From Bugula neritina (Eukaryota > Animalia > Bryozoa), in contig OZ037768.1 in NCBI GenBank assembly GCA_964035545.1, forward strand, positions 8,464,741-8,528,740: a stretch of 64,000 bases of DNA, read 5' to 3'. The notes under the pieces are model-generated. The model was not told the origin of the DNA. It did no database searches and saw nothing but the letters and a program-made list of their open reading frames with translations. The position numbers were made by a program, and so were the translations under genes. Position 1 is the stretch's first letter; every line of letters starts with the position of its first letter. Shown here in pieces: positions 62,196 to 64,000 of the stretch.

Positions 62196-62789
62196 AATCA
62201 ATCTTTTACTTTGCTAAATAGGCTAATCTAATCACTAATGAGCTGATACCAGAACAGAATGAAAGTCAGGTGGCCAAATTTCTTTCAGAAAGATCAAGCT
62301 GTAAACATTACCACAACAGCAGTACACATCTGATATTAATATTTTAAAAGTTCAATTAGATATAGTTACTTACTGGGATTTTGTGATTTTCAGTTTAAAG
62401 GCCAGTCGTGATAGTGATAGTTGAATATGAATACGTTGAAATGCTGTCCAAAGATTATTATAATAACAATTACAAAGCCAATAGAGTTTCATCGGAAAAG
62501 GTAACTAGAAAATAGTACAGAAATAGGATAATAATCACTCCTATAAACTATAATAGCATGATAATTTACAACATCTTTACCACATCACCAGCAATTTTAT
62601 TAATTAGCCAGTTTAAATATTTCTTTTAACTTCCTGTGGTCATTTTCTAAAAGGGGATCTTAATTATATTAATATAATAGTAAAATTATAATAATAAAAT
62701 AAATAGCTAGTCGAAGAGTTTTAAGTTTGCTCCCGCAAAATTGTGCGAACGCCCATCATTATATTTACTAATTTTCACTGAAAGTACAA

Positions 62790-63655
62790 GTAAAAATAAT
62801 ACTAAAACTAAATCAAGGTGTAACTCAAGCTGTTACTTATACTGTGAAGTGTGAGTAACTGCAAGTCAATAACTGTTGCACTTACTTTTAGCCACTGACT
62901 TATATTTACTACCTTTAGTTAGTGTTACTTTTACTAACAGTCGCTGTAATTTAAAGTTAACACAATAACTAATAACACTAACAGTAACAGTAACACAAAG
63001 TCTAACACTAGCAATATTTGAATATTTCAATTTCAACTTGTAAGACCAACAGCAAACGTAAGACTATGACTATGAGTATCACTATAACATTATCTATAAT
63101 TATCAGTATTATGACTAATAGTATAATTATAACTAACAGTAAATGGCTTACTAATGACTAAACAGACTAATACTCATAGTCATACTGATACTAATATCGT
63201 GTCACTAGCTGCAAGTGCAACAGTAATGGCAAAACGCAGTTGTACACTCACACTCAGTCTGAGTCACTGTGACTGTAGTCCATAACTGTTAGTGTTACTC
63301 TTACACTTACTGTAACAGTGTAAGTATAACTATGATTAACAGTAACTAAGTGTAAGTGTAACAATAACATTTATTGTTAATTTTAGTCAGTAAGTTATTT
63401 AGTTAGTGTAATTCAAATAACATGGTGATGGTGAAACTCAAAGTCAAACTGAAAGTGAAACATAAATTTTAAAACAAAAGCCAGAAAAGCCAAAAGAAAA
63501 GGCAAATTGAAATTGGCAAAATAAAATTACCAATAATAATACTAATAGTAATACTAAGAATAATACTTCATAAGTTGATAGTTGAAATAATAACCATAAT
63601 GGCAATTATAATAATTATGGTTGTTATAATTATTTAATATTAATAATAATATTAA
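62790..63655. repeat. Long hexamer-register cryptic repeat upstream of the RNase H1 CDS
   Basis: GACTAT GACTAT GAGTAT CACTAT; TACTCA TAGTCA TACTGA TACTAA; GTGAAA CTCAAA GTCAAA CTGAAA GTGAAA; 15-bp inverted repeat 63065-63079 / 63170-63184. Confidence 0.8.
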
Positions 63656-63659
63656 TATC

Positions 63660-63830
63660 AAAGTCGCAAACTGATGCAACGCACTGAAACAGGACTCGCA
63701 TGCGACTGCCATTAGCCTTAGGCTACGTTCTATTCTCTACTCGTATAACGTATAACGAGCTGCAAAGAGTTCAAGTTGATGAATGATGAAAGCCGCGTCC
63801 TTGAGTTCAAGGTCGTTTCTGGTCTAGTAC
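63660..63830. promoter_or_regulatory. Inferred promoter or first exon of RNase H1
   Basis: CpG-rich patch with palindromes TCGCATGCGA, TAGCCTTAGGCTA and CCTTGAGTTCAAGG, plus a TGATGCAA motif. Confidence 0.35.
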
Positions 63831-64000
63831 TAAACTACAATAATAATTATCTTTCAATCAATGTTAATCATCGAAAGATTGAACAATTAAAAGTTGTCTC
63901 CCATAAGCAATAAAACTGGATTAGCTGGATTATAGTCCTGTAGGATATACTTTTATAATCTATAATATTAGTTTAATAAACTCAAGAGACATCCAATATG

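Overview
AT-rich, intron-dense animal (invertebrate-like) genomic DNA; the species cannot be determined from sequence alone. Exons were assembled by hand from splice signals and reading frame. Genes in order: a small intronless ORF with a textbook BH3 motif and C-terminal hydrophobic tail (-); an uncharacterised single-pass Sel1-repeat protein (-); VAP (+); PSMG2 (-); DHX16 (+); RNF170 (-); citron Rho-interacting kinase (+); and RNase H1 (-). One citron intron holds a nested antisense lectin/sushi/EGF transmembrane gene whose 5' half is decayed and whose cytoplasmic tail ends in RG repeats. Six genes form three head-to-head pairs. Three copies of a tRNA-headed SINE lie in introns. The most notable signals are (i) the candidate BH3-only apoptosis initiator with a motif-dense promoter, (ii) 6-nt-register, often self-complementary low-complexity tracts recurring just downstream of nearly every inferred promoter, and (iii) the nested receptor-like gene.
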